Part shown: positions 39,675 through 48,644 of the stretch, piece by piece
Position numbering within the stretch: position 1 is the stretch's first letter
Layout of the letters: each line of letters begins with the position of its first letter
Assembly: GCA_017621755.1 (NCBI GenBank)
Contig: JAGASL010000061.1
Location: 9,705-73,704 of the forward strand
Reading direction: 5' to 3'
DNA length: 64,000 nucleotides
Origin: Clostridia bacterium
Lineage (GTDB): Bacteria; Bacillota; Clostridia; Oscillospirales; CAG-272
Program-made: the position numbers and the translations under genes
Notes under the pieces: model-generated
Told to the model about the DNA's origin: nothing
Seen by the model: only the letters and a program-made list of their open reading frames with translations
Database searches by the model: none

Positions 39675-41117
39675 ATGAAACGAATTTTTTCCTGCCTTTT
39701 GCTGCTTCTGCTGCTTATCACCCTGCCCGGTGTACTGACCTCCTGCTCGCTGATCGAGCCGGTGAAGAAGCTATACGTTTATAACTGGGGCGAATACATG
39801 ACCTTAGAGAGTGGCGAGGATGAGGTTCACCTGAACCACGCCTTTGAGGAATGGTATTACGAGACCTACGGCGAGCGGATCGAGGTCGTTTACTCGGTCT
39901 TTTCCTCGAATGAGGAAATGTACGCCAAGCTGAAAAACGGCTCCTCAAAGATCGATCTGATCTTCCCCTCGGAATATATGGTCGAGCGGCTAATCGCCGA
40001 GGAGATGCTGATGCCGCTGGATTACGGCATCATCACCGCCTATGAGGAAACGATCGACCCGCGTTTTCAGACCTTGGCCACCAAGCCCTACTGTGTTCCC
40101 TATACCTACGGGTATCTGGGCCTGATCTACGATGGTGCCTTGGACGAAGCGCTGCGAGACGAGAGTGGTGAGATGAGCTGGCGCGTGCTGTGGAACGAGA
40201 TTCCCGGCGGCACCGACCTGACCGATAAGATCCTGACCTTTAACAACAGCCGCGATGCCTTTGGCATTGCGCAGTTCATTCTCAACTACGAGCGTGCCCT
40301 GCAAAGCGGCGAGCTGCCCGGTGCGAAGGATCTGTACGTGAACACCGCGGATACCGCCCGCTGGGATGAAGCCTACCTGCTGCTGGAGCAGCAGAAGGAC
40401 AGCCTGCAGGCCTACGTGATGGACGAGATCTATAACAAGATGGAGAGCGGAGCCGCCTGGCTTGCCCCCTACTACGCCGGTGACTATTTCACCATGGTGG
40501 ACGTGAATGAGAATTTGGCCTTTGCCTACCCGAAGGAGGGCACCAACTTCTTCTACGATGCCATGTGCGTGCCGGTCTCTGCCAAGAACCCGATCGAGGC
40601 ACAGCGGTATATCAACTATATCCTTGGCGGCGCGGATGGTGAGGCGCTGGACGTGGCCATTGCCAACGCCGAGTGGGTCGGCTACTCTTCCCCCAACATC
40701 AAGGTAACCACCAACCTGGATTATCTGGCTGACATGGCAGATGACGAGGAGGGCTACGGTGCCGAGGCCCTTTCTATCCTCTACCCCGAAAGCGACCACG
40801 AGGCGCTGCTTGCCATGGTGGAGGAATACGCCGCCTGGCGCGAGGAAGCGGGTGAGGACTATGACCCCGCCGATTACGAGGGGCCCACACCGGATATTGC
40901 AATGTTTACCGACGTGAACACTGATTTTGTAACCTATATCTATCAAAATCTTGACAATGCAACGCTGGTATACGCCAACGGCCGCTGGGAGGCGCTCAAG
41001 CTGACCAGTGCCCCCTGCACTGAGATCTATATCTTCTCGGCTGTGATCGTGCTGGTGCTGATTGCATGGGCGATCGGCTATATGCTTTTACGCCGCTACC
41101 GTAGCCGTTATTATTAA
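39675..41117 (+). CDS. potD: Polyamine-type substrate-binding lipoprotein with an acidic C-terminal extension and terminal TM helix
   Basis: 480 aa. Lipobox LPGVLTSCS and a PotD-like core (YVYNWGEY ..., FPSEYMVERL). An extra acidic region of about 100 aa ends in the TM IYIFSAVIVLVLIAWAIGYMLL plus RRYRSRYY. Confidence 0.75.
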   Translation: MKRIFSCLLLLLLLITLPGVLTSCSLIEPVKKLYVYNWGEYMTLESGEDEVHLNHAFEEWYYETYGERIEVVYSVFSSNEEMYAKLKNGSSKIDLIFPSEYMVERLIAEEMLMPLDYGIITAYEETIDPRFQTLATKPYCVPYTYGYLGLIYDGALDEALRDESGEMSWRVLWNEIPGGTDLTDKILTFNNSRDAFGIAQFILNYERALQSGELPGAKDLYVNTADTARWDEAYLLLEQQKDSLQAYVMDEIYNKMESGAAWLAPYYAGDYFTMVDVNENLAFAYPKEGTNFFYDAMCVPVSAKNPIEAQRYINYILGGADGEALDVAIANAEWVGYSSPNIKVTTNLDYLADMADDEEGYGAEALSILYPESDHEALLAMVEEYAAWREEAGEDYDPADYEGPTPDIAMFTDVNTDFVTYIYQNLDNATLVYANGRWEALKLTSAPCTEIYIFSAVIVLVLIAWAIGYMLLRRYRSRYY

Positions 41118-41123
41118 AAAGCG

Positions 41124-41165
41124 AGCCCTCGGTGGAATTTTTTCCACCGAGGGCTAGTTTTTTTC
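41124..41165 (+). terminator. Rho-independent terminator of the pot operon
   Basis: AGCCCTCGGTGGA-attttt-TCCACCGAGGGCT followed by AGTTTTTTTCG. Confidence 0.8.
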
Positions 41166-41174
41166 GTTTTCCTA

Positions 41175-41203
41175 TTGACAAAATGCGAAAAACTTGGTAT
41201 AAT
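41175..41203 (+). promoter_or_regulatory. Sigma-A type promoter of rpmH
   Basis: TTGACA (41175-41180), 17 nt, TATAAT (41198-41203). Confidence 0.7.
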
Positions 41204-41295
41204 AATTTGTGCCTTAATGGGAATATGCTGCAAGCCGCGGCTTATCCGTGGCAACAAACCAGCTTACGATATAAAATGAAGGAGGGATCTCTGCT

Positions 41296-41430
41296 ATGGT
41301 AAGAACATATCAGCCTAAGAAGCGCCAGAGAAAGAAGGAACACGGCTTCCGCAAGAGAATGGCAACCGCCAACGGCCGCAAGGTTCTCAAGAGAAGACGC
41401 GCTAAGGGAAGAGTTCAGCTCACCTATTGA
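41296..41430 (+). CDS. rpmH: 50S ribosomal protein L34
   Basis: Not in the ORF track (44 aa). Translates to [53 protein letters not shown] at 41281. Confidence 0.93.
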   Translation: MVRTYQPKKRQRKKEHGFRKRMATANGRKVLKRRRAKGRVQLTY

Positions 41431-41498
41431 TGTCTTTTCCCACAGGGACAAGCTTGACATTCCAAACGTCACCCTGTAAGGTGACAATACTGAAAACT

Positions 41499-41535
41499 CC
41501 CGATAAACACGCGATGCGACTTTATCGGGGTTTTA
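41499..41535 (+). terminator. Hairpin terminator/attenuator between rpmH and rnpA
   Basis: CCCGATAAA ... TTTATCGGG followed by GTTTT. Confidence 0.55.
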
Positions 41536-41549
41536 CTTTATAGAGGCAG

Positions 41550-41936
41550 GTGTCAGGATTGAAATTTCGAGCAATCTGTGAAAATCATCTGTATTCCAAG
41601 GCATATTCCAAGGGCAAGCGGGCTGTGACCCGCAATTTGGCCGTATACGTCCTGCCGGACTATATGGCAGAGCGGCTGCGCCGTGCGCACCCGCAAAAGC
41701 TCCGGGTAAACCGGATCGGGCTTACCGTGACCAAAAAGCTGGGCGGTGCTGTTGTGCGTAACCGCACCAAGCGTATATTGCGAGAAGCCTATCGCCAAGT
41801 GGCACAGGAGTGCCGCATTAAAACGGGGTTTTTGGTCGTGATCGCCGCGCGCGAGCACGCCACGCAAATGAAATCCACCGCGCTGGCCGAGGATCTTCGC
41901 TATACCCTCGGCAAGCTGAACATGCTGGCCGTATGA
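41550..41936 (+). CDS. rnpA: Ribonuclease P protein component
   Basis: Basic protein of about 125 aa in the conserved rpmH-rnpA position (RIGLTVTKKLGGAVVRNRTKRILREAYR). The start is uncertain: GTG at 41550 or in-frame TTG at 41559. Confidence 0.85.
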   Translation: MSGLKFRAICENHLYSKAYSKGKRAVTRNLAVYVLPDYMAERLRRAHPQKLRVNRIGLTVTKKLGGAVVRNRTKRILREAYRQVAQECRIKTGFLVVIAAREHATQMKSTALAEDLRYTLGKLNMLAV

Positions 41937-42196
41937 AATATATTTGTATATTCTTCATCCGGCTGTACCGCCGCTTGATTTCCCCCATCAAACCGAAATG
42001 TTGCAGGTTTACCCCAACCTGTTCTGCCTATGCCTTAGAGGCATATCAAAAACGTGGCTTTTTTGCCGGCACCGTGCTTACCGTGTGGCGCCTTTTGCGC
42101 TGCAACCCCTTTGGCCGCCCGGGCCACGACCCGGTACCCGACAAGGGCTTTAAGCGTGTGCCGATCACCAACATCGATGCGGGAAAGAAAAAGTAA
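41933..42196 (+). CDS. yidD: Membrane protein insertion efficiency factor YidD
   Basis: 87 aa. LISPIKPKCCRFTPTCSAYALEAYQKRG ... RCNPFGRPGHDPVP. ATGA overlap with rnpA. Confidence 0.9.
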   Translation: MKYICIFFIRLYRRLISPIKPKCCRFTPTCSAYALEAYQKRGFFAGTVLTVWRLLRCNPFGRPGHDPVPDKGFKRVPITNIDAGKKK

Positions 42197-42216
42197 AAAA
42201 GAAATGGAAGTTTACT

Positions 42217-43290
42217 ATGTTTGATTGGATAGCATCCATATTCAAGTACCCCATGCAGTGGTTCTACTCGTTCACTGGCAGCTACGTTCTGTCCTTGATC
42301 CTGTTCGCCCTGCTCGTTCGCATCCTGTTTCTGCCTATGTCCATTCACCAGCAAAAGCTGCAGATCAAGGGTGCCAAGCTCCGCCCGCGCATTGCGATTA
42401 TCGAAAAGAAGTACGAGGGCCGTACCGACCCCGAATCTCGCCAGCAGATGCAGTCCGAGATCATGGATCTGCAGCAGAAGGAGGGCTACTCTCCCCTGTC
42501 CGGCTGCCTGCCGATGCTGCTGCAATTCCCGGTCATCATTGGTCTTTACCAGATTATCCGTAAGCCGCTCACCTTCTTAATGGACGTGAGCAACGAAACG
42601 GTGACCGCCATTATCGAATCGGTCAAGGCTACGGTTGGCGGGCTGGAAAAGTACGCCAGCACGAATTTTGACAGCCTGATGGAGGACCAGATCTCCCTGA
42701 TCCAGATCATCCGCGAAAACAACCTTTCGCTTTCGGCTGTTGAGAACGCGCCCACCACCTTCCCGGATCTGAGCTTCTTCGGCCTGGTAGATATGGGCCC
42801 CATGCCCGCCTTCTTTAACTGGCTGCTGCTCATTCCGGTGCTGACCTTCGCGCTTGCCTACGGCTCGATGAAGCTGACGCGCAAGCTCAATCCCGCGCCT
42901 ACCGCCGGCCAGACGGCTGATGCTGCTGCCTCGAACAAGATCATGGAGATCAGCATGCCGATCATGAGTGCCGTGTTCACCTTCTGGGTACCCGGTGCCG
43001 TTGGCTTCTACTGGCTGATCGGTTACCTGTTCTCGATGCTGCAGACCGTTCTGCTGGCAAAGCTGATGCCTATGCCTACCTTTACGGACGAGGAGATCCG
43101 CCAGTACGAGAAGGAAATGAAGGCCTCTAAGGCTATCAGCCGCCAGGCGGCTTCTCAGCAGGCCCGCATCCGTTCGCGCCATCATATTGATGACGATGAT
43201 TACGAGACCGCGCCGCCCCCGCCCAGCCAGAAGGGCAAAAGCACCAAGACCCCCAGCGGCATTGAGGCTGCCCCCCGCAAAAAAGATTAA
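42217..43290 (+). CDS. yidC: YidC/Oxa1 family membrane protein insertase
   Basis: 357 aa. Conserved-context motifs QQKLQIKGAKLRPRIAIIEKKY and GCLPMLLQFPVIIGLYQ, with a basic C-tail. Confidence 0.9.
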   Translation: MFDWIASIFKYPMQWFYSFTGSYVLSLILFALLVRILFLPMSIHQQKLQIKGAKLRPRIAIIEKKYEGRTDPESRQQMQSEIMDLQQKEGYSPLSGCLPMLLQFPVIIGLYQIIRKPLTFLMDVSNETVTAIIESVKATVGGLEKYASTNFDSLMEDQISLIQIIRENNLSLSAVENAPTTFPDLSFFGLVDMGPMPAFFNWLLLIPVLTFALAYGSMKLTRKLNPAPTAGQTADAAASNKIMEISMPIMSAVFTFWVPGAVGFYWLIGYLFSMLQTVLLAKLMPMPTFTDEEIRQYEKEMKASKAISRQAASQQARIRSRHHIDDDDYETAPPPPSQKGKSTKTPSGIEAAPRKKD

Positions 43291-43323
43291 GTAAGAGACA
43301 TTAAGAAAGGAAGCATATTCACC

Positions 43324-44139
43324 GTGAAAAGAGAAGTGATTGCCATCGGCAAGGACGTGCAGGAGGCACAGGCCAACGCGGCCGAGCTGCTGGGCGCATC
43401 CGCTACCGATAATATCGTATATGAGGTTTTAGACTTCCCAAAGAAGGGCTTTCTTGGCATTGGCGCACAGCCGGCGAAGGTTAAGGCAACCGTAGAGCTG
43501 CCGGACGAGGCTCCCGCCAGACATGAAAAAAAGCACCACCAGAAGAAGGTTGAGGAGCTGGCGCTCCCCACCGAGCCGGCCGAGCCGCGCGAGGCAATGA
43601 AGCCGGATAGCGAGATCGTGCTGACCAAGATCGAGGCAGCAGAGGGGGAGGATCGCTCCTTTGACTTTGTGAACCGCCTGCTTGCCAACCTGGGCATCAA
43701 CGCTACCGCAACCCTCTACCGTCAGGACGAGGGTGGCAGACGCATCTGCATTGACGGCGAGGATGCCGGCATGCTGATCGGCCACCACGGCGAAACGCTG
43801 GATGCGCTGCAGTATCTTTCCAACCTTGCCTGCTCAAAGAAGAACATCAACGGCGAGCGCCTGCATGACCACGTGACCGTAGACATCGGTAGTTACCGTG
43901 CCAAGAGAGAGGAGACCCTGCGTGCGCTGGCCCGCCGTATGGCCGCCAAGGCGCTGCGCAACAAGCGCAACGTGATGCTGGAGCCGATGAACGCTTACGA
44001 GCGCCGCATCATCCACTCTGAGGTGCAGGGCATTGCCGGTGTTTCCACCAACTCGATCGGCTCAGAGAATAACCGCAAGGTGGTTATCTATCTGACCGAC
44101 AAGAAGCCTGCCGCCAAGGCAGAGGATGCCGATGAATAA
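43324..44139 (+). CDS. jag: Jag/KhpB RNA-binding protein (Jag_N, KH, R3H)
   Basis: GTG start after a GAAAGGAAG RBS. KH-like GMLIGHHGETLDALQYL and R3H-like LEPMNAYERRIIHSEV. Confidence 0.85.
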   Translation: MKREVIAIGKDVQEAQANAAELLGASATDNIVYEVLDFPKKGFLGIGAQPAKVKATVELPDEAPARHEKKHHQKKVEELALPTEPAEPREAMKPDSEIVLTKIEAAEGEDRSFDFVNRLLANLGINATATLYRQDEGGRRICIDGEDAGMLIGHHGETLDALQYLSNLACSKKNINGERLHDHVTVDIGSYRAKREETLRALARRMAAKALRNKRNVMLEPMNAYERRIIHSEVQGIAGVSTNSIGSENNRKVVIYLTDKKPAAKAEDADE

Positions 44140-45511
44140 AATAGGCACAACCGTTGCCGCCATTTCGACCCCACCCGGCAAGGGTGGGGTCGCGCTTATT
44201 CGCGTTTCGGGGCCGGAGGCGATCGAGATCGTCTCTCGCTGCGTGGTGCTGCGAAGCGGCAAGCCTCTATGCTCCCTTCCCGCGCGGCAGGCGGCCTATG
44301 GCGACGTGATCTTTGAGGGGGCACCGATCGATGACGTAATCGTCACGCTTTTCCGCGCGCCGCATTCCTACACCGGTGAGGATACGGCAGAGATCAGCTG
44401 CCATGGCGGTATTCTGCTGACCAAAACCGTACTGACCGCGCTCCTTGCAGCCGGTGCCGAGCAGGCTGGACCAGGGGAATTTACCCGCCGCGCCCTGCTT
44501 AGCGGCCGCCTATCGCTAACCGAGGCAGAGGCCATTGGCTGCCTGCTGGAGGCCGGCAGCACAGCGCAGATCCGCCTTTCGGCCGCGCCTGCGCGAACAG
44601 AACTGGCGCGCGCGCTTGGTGAGCTGCATGACCGCCTGCTTTCGCTGTTGAGCACGCTATACGCCAAGATCGACTACCCGGATGAGGACCTTGCCGACCT
44701 GACGGACGAGGAAATTATTGGCCATCTGACTGCGATTTTTGACCGTATGCAGATGCTGCGCAAGACATACCGCACCGGCCACGCCATTAACGAGGGGATC
44801 CCCACCGTGCTTTGCGGCCGACCAAACGTGGGCAAAAGCTCGCTGTATAACCGCCTGGCAGGCGAGGAGCTGGCTATTGTGACCGAATTGGCTGGCACCA
44901 CTCGTGACGTGCTATCCACGACCCTGCCGCTTGGCAGCGTGATGCTGCGCCTGTTTGATACCGCCGGCCTGCGCGAGGCAAGCGACCCTGTAGAGCAGAT
45001 CGGCGTTTCGCGCAGCCGCGCGCGCATCGAAGAATGTGAGCTGCTGCTGGCGGTATTAGACGCCTCGCAGCCCCTTTCAGACGAGGATCGCGCCTGGCTT
45101 GAGGAGCTTAAAGGCTACGGAAAGCCTGTGATCCTATTGCTTAACAAATCCGATCTGCCGCGCGCCATCCAGCCGGATGCACTTTCCACCTTCCCGCATG
45201 TGCTGCCGGTCTCGGCCGCCACCGGTGAGGGGCTCGACACGCTGACAGCGCTGGTAGAGCAGCTGTTTACCGACGAGACGCTTCGCGTAGGTGAGGAGGC
45301 TATTCTCTCCTCTGCCCGGCAATACGCTGCGCTATCCCGCGCGCAGGAGCACCTGGCCACCTCGCTTTCGGCCTTTTCGGCCGGGCTGCCGGCTGATGCG
45401 GCGGCAAGCGATTTAGAGCTAGCACTAGGGGCCATGGCAGAACTGGACGGCCGCGCCGTCAACGAGGAGATCATTGCCGATATCTTTAAGCGCTTCTGCG
45501 TAGGAAAGTGA
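44126..45511 (+). CDS. mnmE: tRNA uridine-5-carboxymethylaminomethyl modification GTPase MnmE
   Basis: 461 aa. G-domain GRPNVGKSSLYN, DTAGLR, NKSD, and the characteristic C-terminal FCVGK. Confidence 0.92.
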   Translation: MPMNKIGTTVAAISTPPGKGGVALIRVSGPEAIEIVSRCVVLRSGKPLCSLPARQAAYGDVIFEGAPIDDVIVTLFRAPHSYTGEDTAEISCHGGILLTKTVLTALLAAGAEQAGPGEFTRRALLSGRLSLTEAEAIGCLLEAGSTAQIRLSAAPARTELARALGELHDRLLSLLSTLYAKIDYPDEDLADLTDEEIIGHLTAIFDRMQMLRKTYRTGHAINEGIPTVLCGRPNVGKSSLYNRLAGEELAIVTELAGTTRDVLSTTLPLGSVMLRLFDTAGLREASDPVEQIGVSRSRARIEECELLLAVLDASQPLSDEDRAWLEELKGYGKPVILLLNKSDLPRAIQPDALSTFPHVLPVSAATGEGLDTLTALVEQLFTDETLRVGEEAILSSARQYAALSRAQEHLATSLSAFSAGLPADAAASDLELALGAMAELDGRAVNEEIIADIFKRFCVGK

Positions 45512-45853
45512 TCAATCGTGCCGCCGGCTTTGCCCACGGAACACATAAAGCAGGGCAACAACCAACGAAATAACTGCTAAGCCAACAACCAAAACGGCCA
45601 TACCGACAGAAAACCCTTCGCCGATTGGCGTGGGGGCACCTTGCTCGGCGGCATCACGGCTTCCCTGCCCGGCGCGGCCGGGCTGCGTGCTCTCTTGCCC
45701 ATCACGGGGTGCCGTGCTGCTGCCCGGCAGCTCATCCGGCAGGATGCTATCGATCATGCCGATCGGCTGCACGCTCACGGCGGCCTGCACCGGCAGCCAA
45801 ACCAGCTGCAAGAGCAGCAAGAACAATACGATGCGCATACAAGCTTTTTTCAT
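45512..45853 (-). CDS. Hypothetical secreted/anchored small protein
   Basis: Start at the ATG at 45853 after an AAGGAG RBS. Signal peptide MKKACMRIVLFLLLLQLVWLPVQA, a low-complexity P/G/Q-rich middle and a C-terminal TM plus basic tail. Its stop abuts the mnmE stop (TGATCA). Confidence 0.55.
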   Translation of the reverse strand: MKKACMRIVLFLLLLQLVWLPVQAAVSVQPIGMIDSILPDELPGSSTAPRDGQESTQPGRAGQGSRDAAEQGAPTPIGEGFSVGMAVLVVGLAVISLVVALLYVFRGQSRRHD

Positions 45854-45918
45854 GTGAATTCTCCTTTCCCCTTCAGTATGCGCCAAAAGCACGAAAACTA
45901 TCAAAAGCAGGATCAGAT

Positions 45919-46248
45919 ATGGAAAACAAGCGCTTTCAAAAAAATGACGACGGGTTTATTTGCAAAAACTGCGGCTTTGCGGTGCTGCCGCTGGGCTATA
46001 GCTCGCGCAACCATTGCCCGCGCTGCCTTTGTTCGCTACACGTAGACGTGAACCCGGGCGACCGGCAAAACGATTGCGGCGGTATTTTGCGCCCTATTCG
46101 TGTAGAGACCGACCCGCGCAAGGGGTATATTATTATTCATAAGTGCGATCGGTGCGGCGAGATTCGCCGCAACCGCGCGGCAAACGAGGCAGCCGTGCAG
46201 CCGGATGACATTGATCTGCTGATCCGTCTGACGGCCGGGCTTGGGTGA
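45919..46248 (+). CDS. RNHCP domain-containing zinc-ribbon protein
   Basis: Start moved to the ATG at 45919 (109 aa). Literal RNHCPRC motif and further Cys pairs (CKNCG, CDRCG). Confidence 0.75.
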   Translation: MENKRFQKNDDGFICKNCGFAVLPLGYSSRNHCPRCLCSLHVDVNPGDRQNDCGGILRPIRVETDPRKGYIIIHKCDRCGEIRRNRAANEAAVQPDDIDLLIRLTAGLG

Positions 46249-46423
46249 GAAGAAGGCGGTGGGGTGCTTTTTGAAAAAAGCACCCCACACCCCGCAAAAA
46301 CTTTTGAAGAAAAGTTTTTGTTACCGCACAGACGAAGGTAGGCTTAGATAGGATTGACGGTTGCTGCCCGGCGTTCTGAGCAGCATAACCGCACGTAACC
46401 CATTCGCCATAGGCGAATTGGCA

Positions 46424-46470
46424 CCGAAAAAGAGGCCCCCCGTGTGTTGTACAACACACGGGGTGCCTCT
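46424..46470 (-). terminator. Rho-independent terminator of ribU
   Basis: Minus strand AAGAGGCACCCCGTGTGTTG / CAACACACGGGGGGCCTCTT hairpin followed by TTTTCGG. The 5' arm begins at the ribU stop codon. Confidence 0.75.
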
Positions 46471-47072
46471 TATTTGTTCAAAAGATGTGAAACGCGCTTA
46501 TAGAGCAAGCCGGTAAGCAATGAGCAAAGGACACCCTTGATCAGATTAAAGGGGATAACGGCAATGATGATCAACGTCAAGAGATCCTTGATCGCCGGAT
46601 TGACGGCCGCACCCATACCTATAATGGCATCCATCGGGTAGCCCGCCAGATGCACGTAGGCGGGTATCATCAAAAAGTAATTGCAGAACGCACCGACAAG
46701 AACGAGAGAGAGCGTTCCAACAGCCATACCAACGATGGCGCGCTTTAAGGTTTTTTTGCGGCAATACACAAGCGCGGCGGGCAACACGAAGGCACAGCCC
46801 ATCAAAAAATTGGCAAGCTCGCCGACAAAAAAGGTATCGGTTCCGTTGATCAGCAGGTTGATGAGAATTTTAATAAATTCGATTATAACCCCGGCAAGCG
46901 GGCCGAGCGCAAAGCTACCGATCAAAACGGCCACCTCGCTAAAATCCAGCTCGTAAAACGAGGGGGCAATGGGCAGGGGGAATTCAAACAGCATGAGAAC
47001 CGTTGCCATTGCGGATAAAACGCCAACCTTGGCCATGTAAAGCAAAGAGGATTTTGTTTTTGTTTTCATCAT
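46470..47072 (-). CDS. ribU: ECF transporter S component, riboflavin-type
   Basis: Start moved to the ATGATG at 47072. About 200-aa polytopic protein (FEFPLPIAPSFYELDFSEVAVLIGSFALGPLAG). Preceded by an FMN riboswitch. Confidence 0.85.
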   Translation of the reverse strand: MMKTKTKSSLLYMAKVGVLSAMATVLMLFEFPLPIAPSFYELDFSEVAVLIGSFALGPLAGVIIEFIKILINLLINGTDTFFVGELANFLMGCAFVLPAALVYCRKKTLKRAIVGMAVGTLSLVLVGAFCNYFLMIPAYVHLAGYPMDAIIGMGAAVNPAIKDLLTLIIIAVIPFNLIKGVLCSLLTGLLYKRVSHLLNK

Positions 47073-47116
47073 GTTTCCTTTCCTTCTCCGGGGAGGAAAA
47101 AGGAAGAAAAGGGATC

Positions 47117-47295
47117 GAAAAAAACAGAAAGAGCCACCAAAAAGATATGGGGGCTCTTTTCTTCGATCTTTTCTCTTCCGGACTTTCGGCACGTGCTGTG
47201 CCACCGTCGGTACGGGAATTACACCCGTTCGGCGCTTACGCGTTCGTGGACTTTACCACCGGTATGGAATTTCACCAAACCCCAAAGATCTTGTA
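47117..47295 (-). promoter_or_regulatory. FMN riboswitch (RFN element) with intrinsic terminator
   Basis: Minus strand reads GAUCUUUGGGGUUUGGUGAAAUUCCAUACCGGUGGUAAAGUCCACGA ... GGGUGUAAUUCCCGUACCGACGGUG ... AAAGUCCGGAAGAGAAAAGAUC. This matches the conserved RFN core and P1. The terminator stem at 47130-47157 is followed by a U-tract. Confidence 0.9.
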
Positions 47296-47314
47296 TGCTT
47301 AGTATATGATTTTG

Positions 47315-47349
47315 AAAAATGCCGTGTGCGCGAAGCACACGGCATTTTT
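47315..47349 (-). terminator. Rho-independent terminator of tuf
   Basis: AAAAATGCCGTGTGC-ttcg-CGCACACGGCATTTTT just past the tuf stop. Confidence 0.85.
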
Positions 47350-47363
47350 AAGCGAAGTTGAAA

Positions 47364-48566
47364 TTACTCGAGAATGTCAACTACAACGCCGGAACCAACA
47401 GTTCTACCACCCTCGCGGATTGCGAAACGAAGGTTCTTCTCGCAAGCGATAGGAGTGATCAGATCAACGGTCATCTTAACGTTGTCGCCAGGGCGGCACA
47501 TCTCAACGTCTGCAGGCAGGTTGATAACGCCGGTAACGTCGGTGGTTCTGAAGTAGAACTGCGGACGGTAGCCGGAGAAGAAGGGCTTCTGACGACCGCC
47601 CTCTTTCTCGGTCAGAACGTAAACCTGGCCCTCAAACTTGGTGTGAGGGGTAACGGAACCGGGCTTGCACAGAACCTGTCCACGCTCGATCTCGTTCTTC
47701 TGGATACCACGGAGCAGAGCACCGATGTTATCACCAGCCTCAGCGAAGTCCATCAGCTTGTGGAACATCTCAATACCGGTAACAACGGTGGTCTTGGTCT
47801 CCTTAATACCAACGATCTCGATGGCCTCGTTCATCTTAATAACGCCACGCTCTACACGACCGGTAGCAACAGTACCACGGCCGGAGATCGAGAATACGTC
47901 CTCGACAGGCATCAGGAAGGGCAGATCATCGTTACGAGCAGGAGTGGGGATGTAGGAGTCAACTGCATCCATCAGCTCCTTAATGGGAGCGTACTCATCA
48001 GCAGAAGGATCCTTGTTAGTGGACTCCAGAGCTACACGAGCGGAGCCACGGATGATCGGAATGTCATCACCCGGGAAATCGTACTCGCTGAGCAGGTCAC
48101 GAACTTCCATCTCTACGAGATCGAGAAGCTCTTCATCGTCAACGATGTCGCACTTGTTCATGAATACAACCAGAGCAGGAACGCCTACCTGACGGGCAAG
48201 CAGAACGTGCTCACGGGTCTGCTGCAGAGGACCATCGGTACCTGCAACAACCAGGATAGCGCCGTCCATCTGAGCGGCACCGGTAATCATGTTCTTAACG
48301 TAGTCGGCGTGGCCGGGGCAGTCAACGTGAGCATAGTGACGGTTAGCAGTCTCGTACTCAACGTGACGGGTGTTGATTGTGATACCACGAGCTCTCTCTT
48401 CGGGAGCGTTGTCGATCTGGTCATAAGCCATGAAGTCGATATTCTCGTTGCCCAGGGAGAGGAACTTGGTGATCGCTGCGGTCAGAGTGGTCTTGCCGTG
48501 GTCAACGTGACCGATGGTACCGATATTGACATGGGGTTTGGTTTTTTCAAATTTTGCCTTTGCCAT
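47364..48566 (-). CDS. tuf: Elongation factor Tu
   Basis: 400 aa. [28 protein letters not shown] ... Confidence 0.98.
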   Translation of the reverse strand: MAKAKFEKTKPHVNIGTIGHVDHGKTTLTAAITKFLSLGNENIDFMAYDQIDNAPEERARGITINTRHVEYETANRHYAHVDCPGHADYVKNMITGAAQMDGAILVVAGTDGPLQQTREHVLLARQVGVPALVVFMNKCDIVDDEELLDLVEMEVRDLLSEYDFPGDDIPIIRGSARVALESTNKDPSADEYAPIKELMDAVDSYIPTPARNDDLPFLMPVEDVFSISGRGTVATGRVERGVIKMNEAIEIVGIKETKTTVVTGIEMFHKLMDFAEAGDNIGALLRGIQKNEIERGQVLCKPGSVTPHTKFEGQVYVLTEKEGGRQKPFFSGYRPQFYFRTTDVTGVINLPADVEMCRPGDNVKMTVDLITPIACEKNLRFAIREGGRTVGSGVVVDILE

Positions 48567-48644
48567 TTCAAATATCCTCCTAGATATTATTTTTTTATTT
48601 TTTTATTTTGTGGCGCATCGCCTGCGCCTAAGGGTCAAGATGCT

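Noticed and set aside
41242-41487. An 81-aa minus-strand ORF overlapping rpmH.
   Set aside because: It is antisense to the L34 gene, which has a perfect family match, an RBS and a promoter. There is no RBS for the antisense frame.
41118-41560. A possible oriC next to rpmH-rnpA-yidD-yidC-jag-mnmE, which is usually an origin-proximal cluster.
   Set aside because: dnaA is not adjacent (potABCD is upstream) and mnmG/rsmG do not follow mnmE. I found only isolated near-matches to the DnaA box (TTATCCGTG at about 41242) and no box cluster or AT-rich unwinding element. The origin may be nearby but is not demonstrable in this window.
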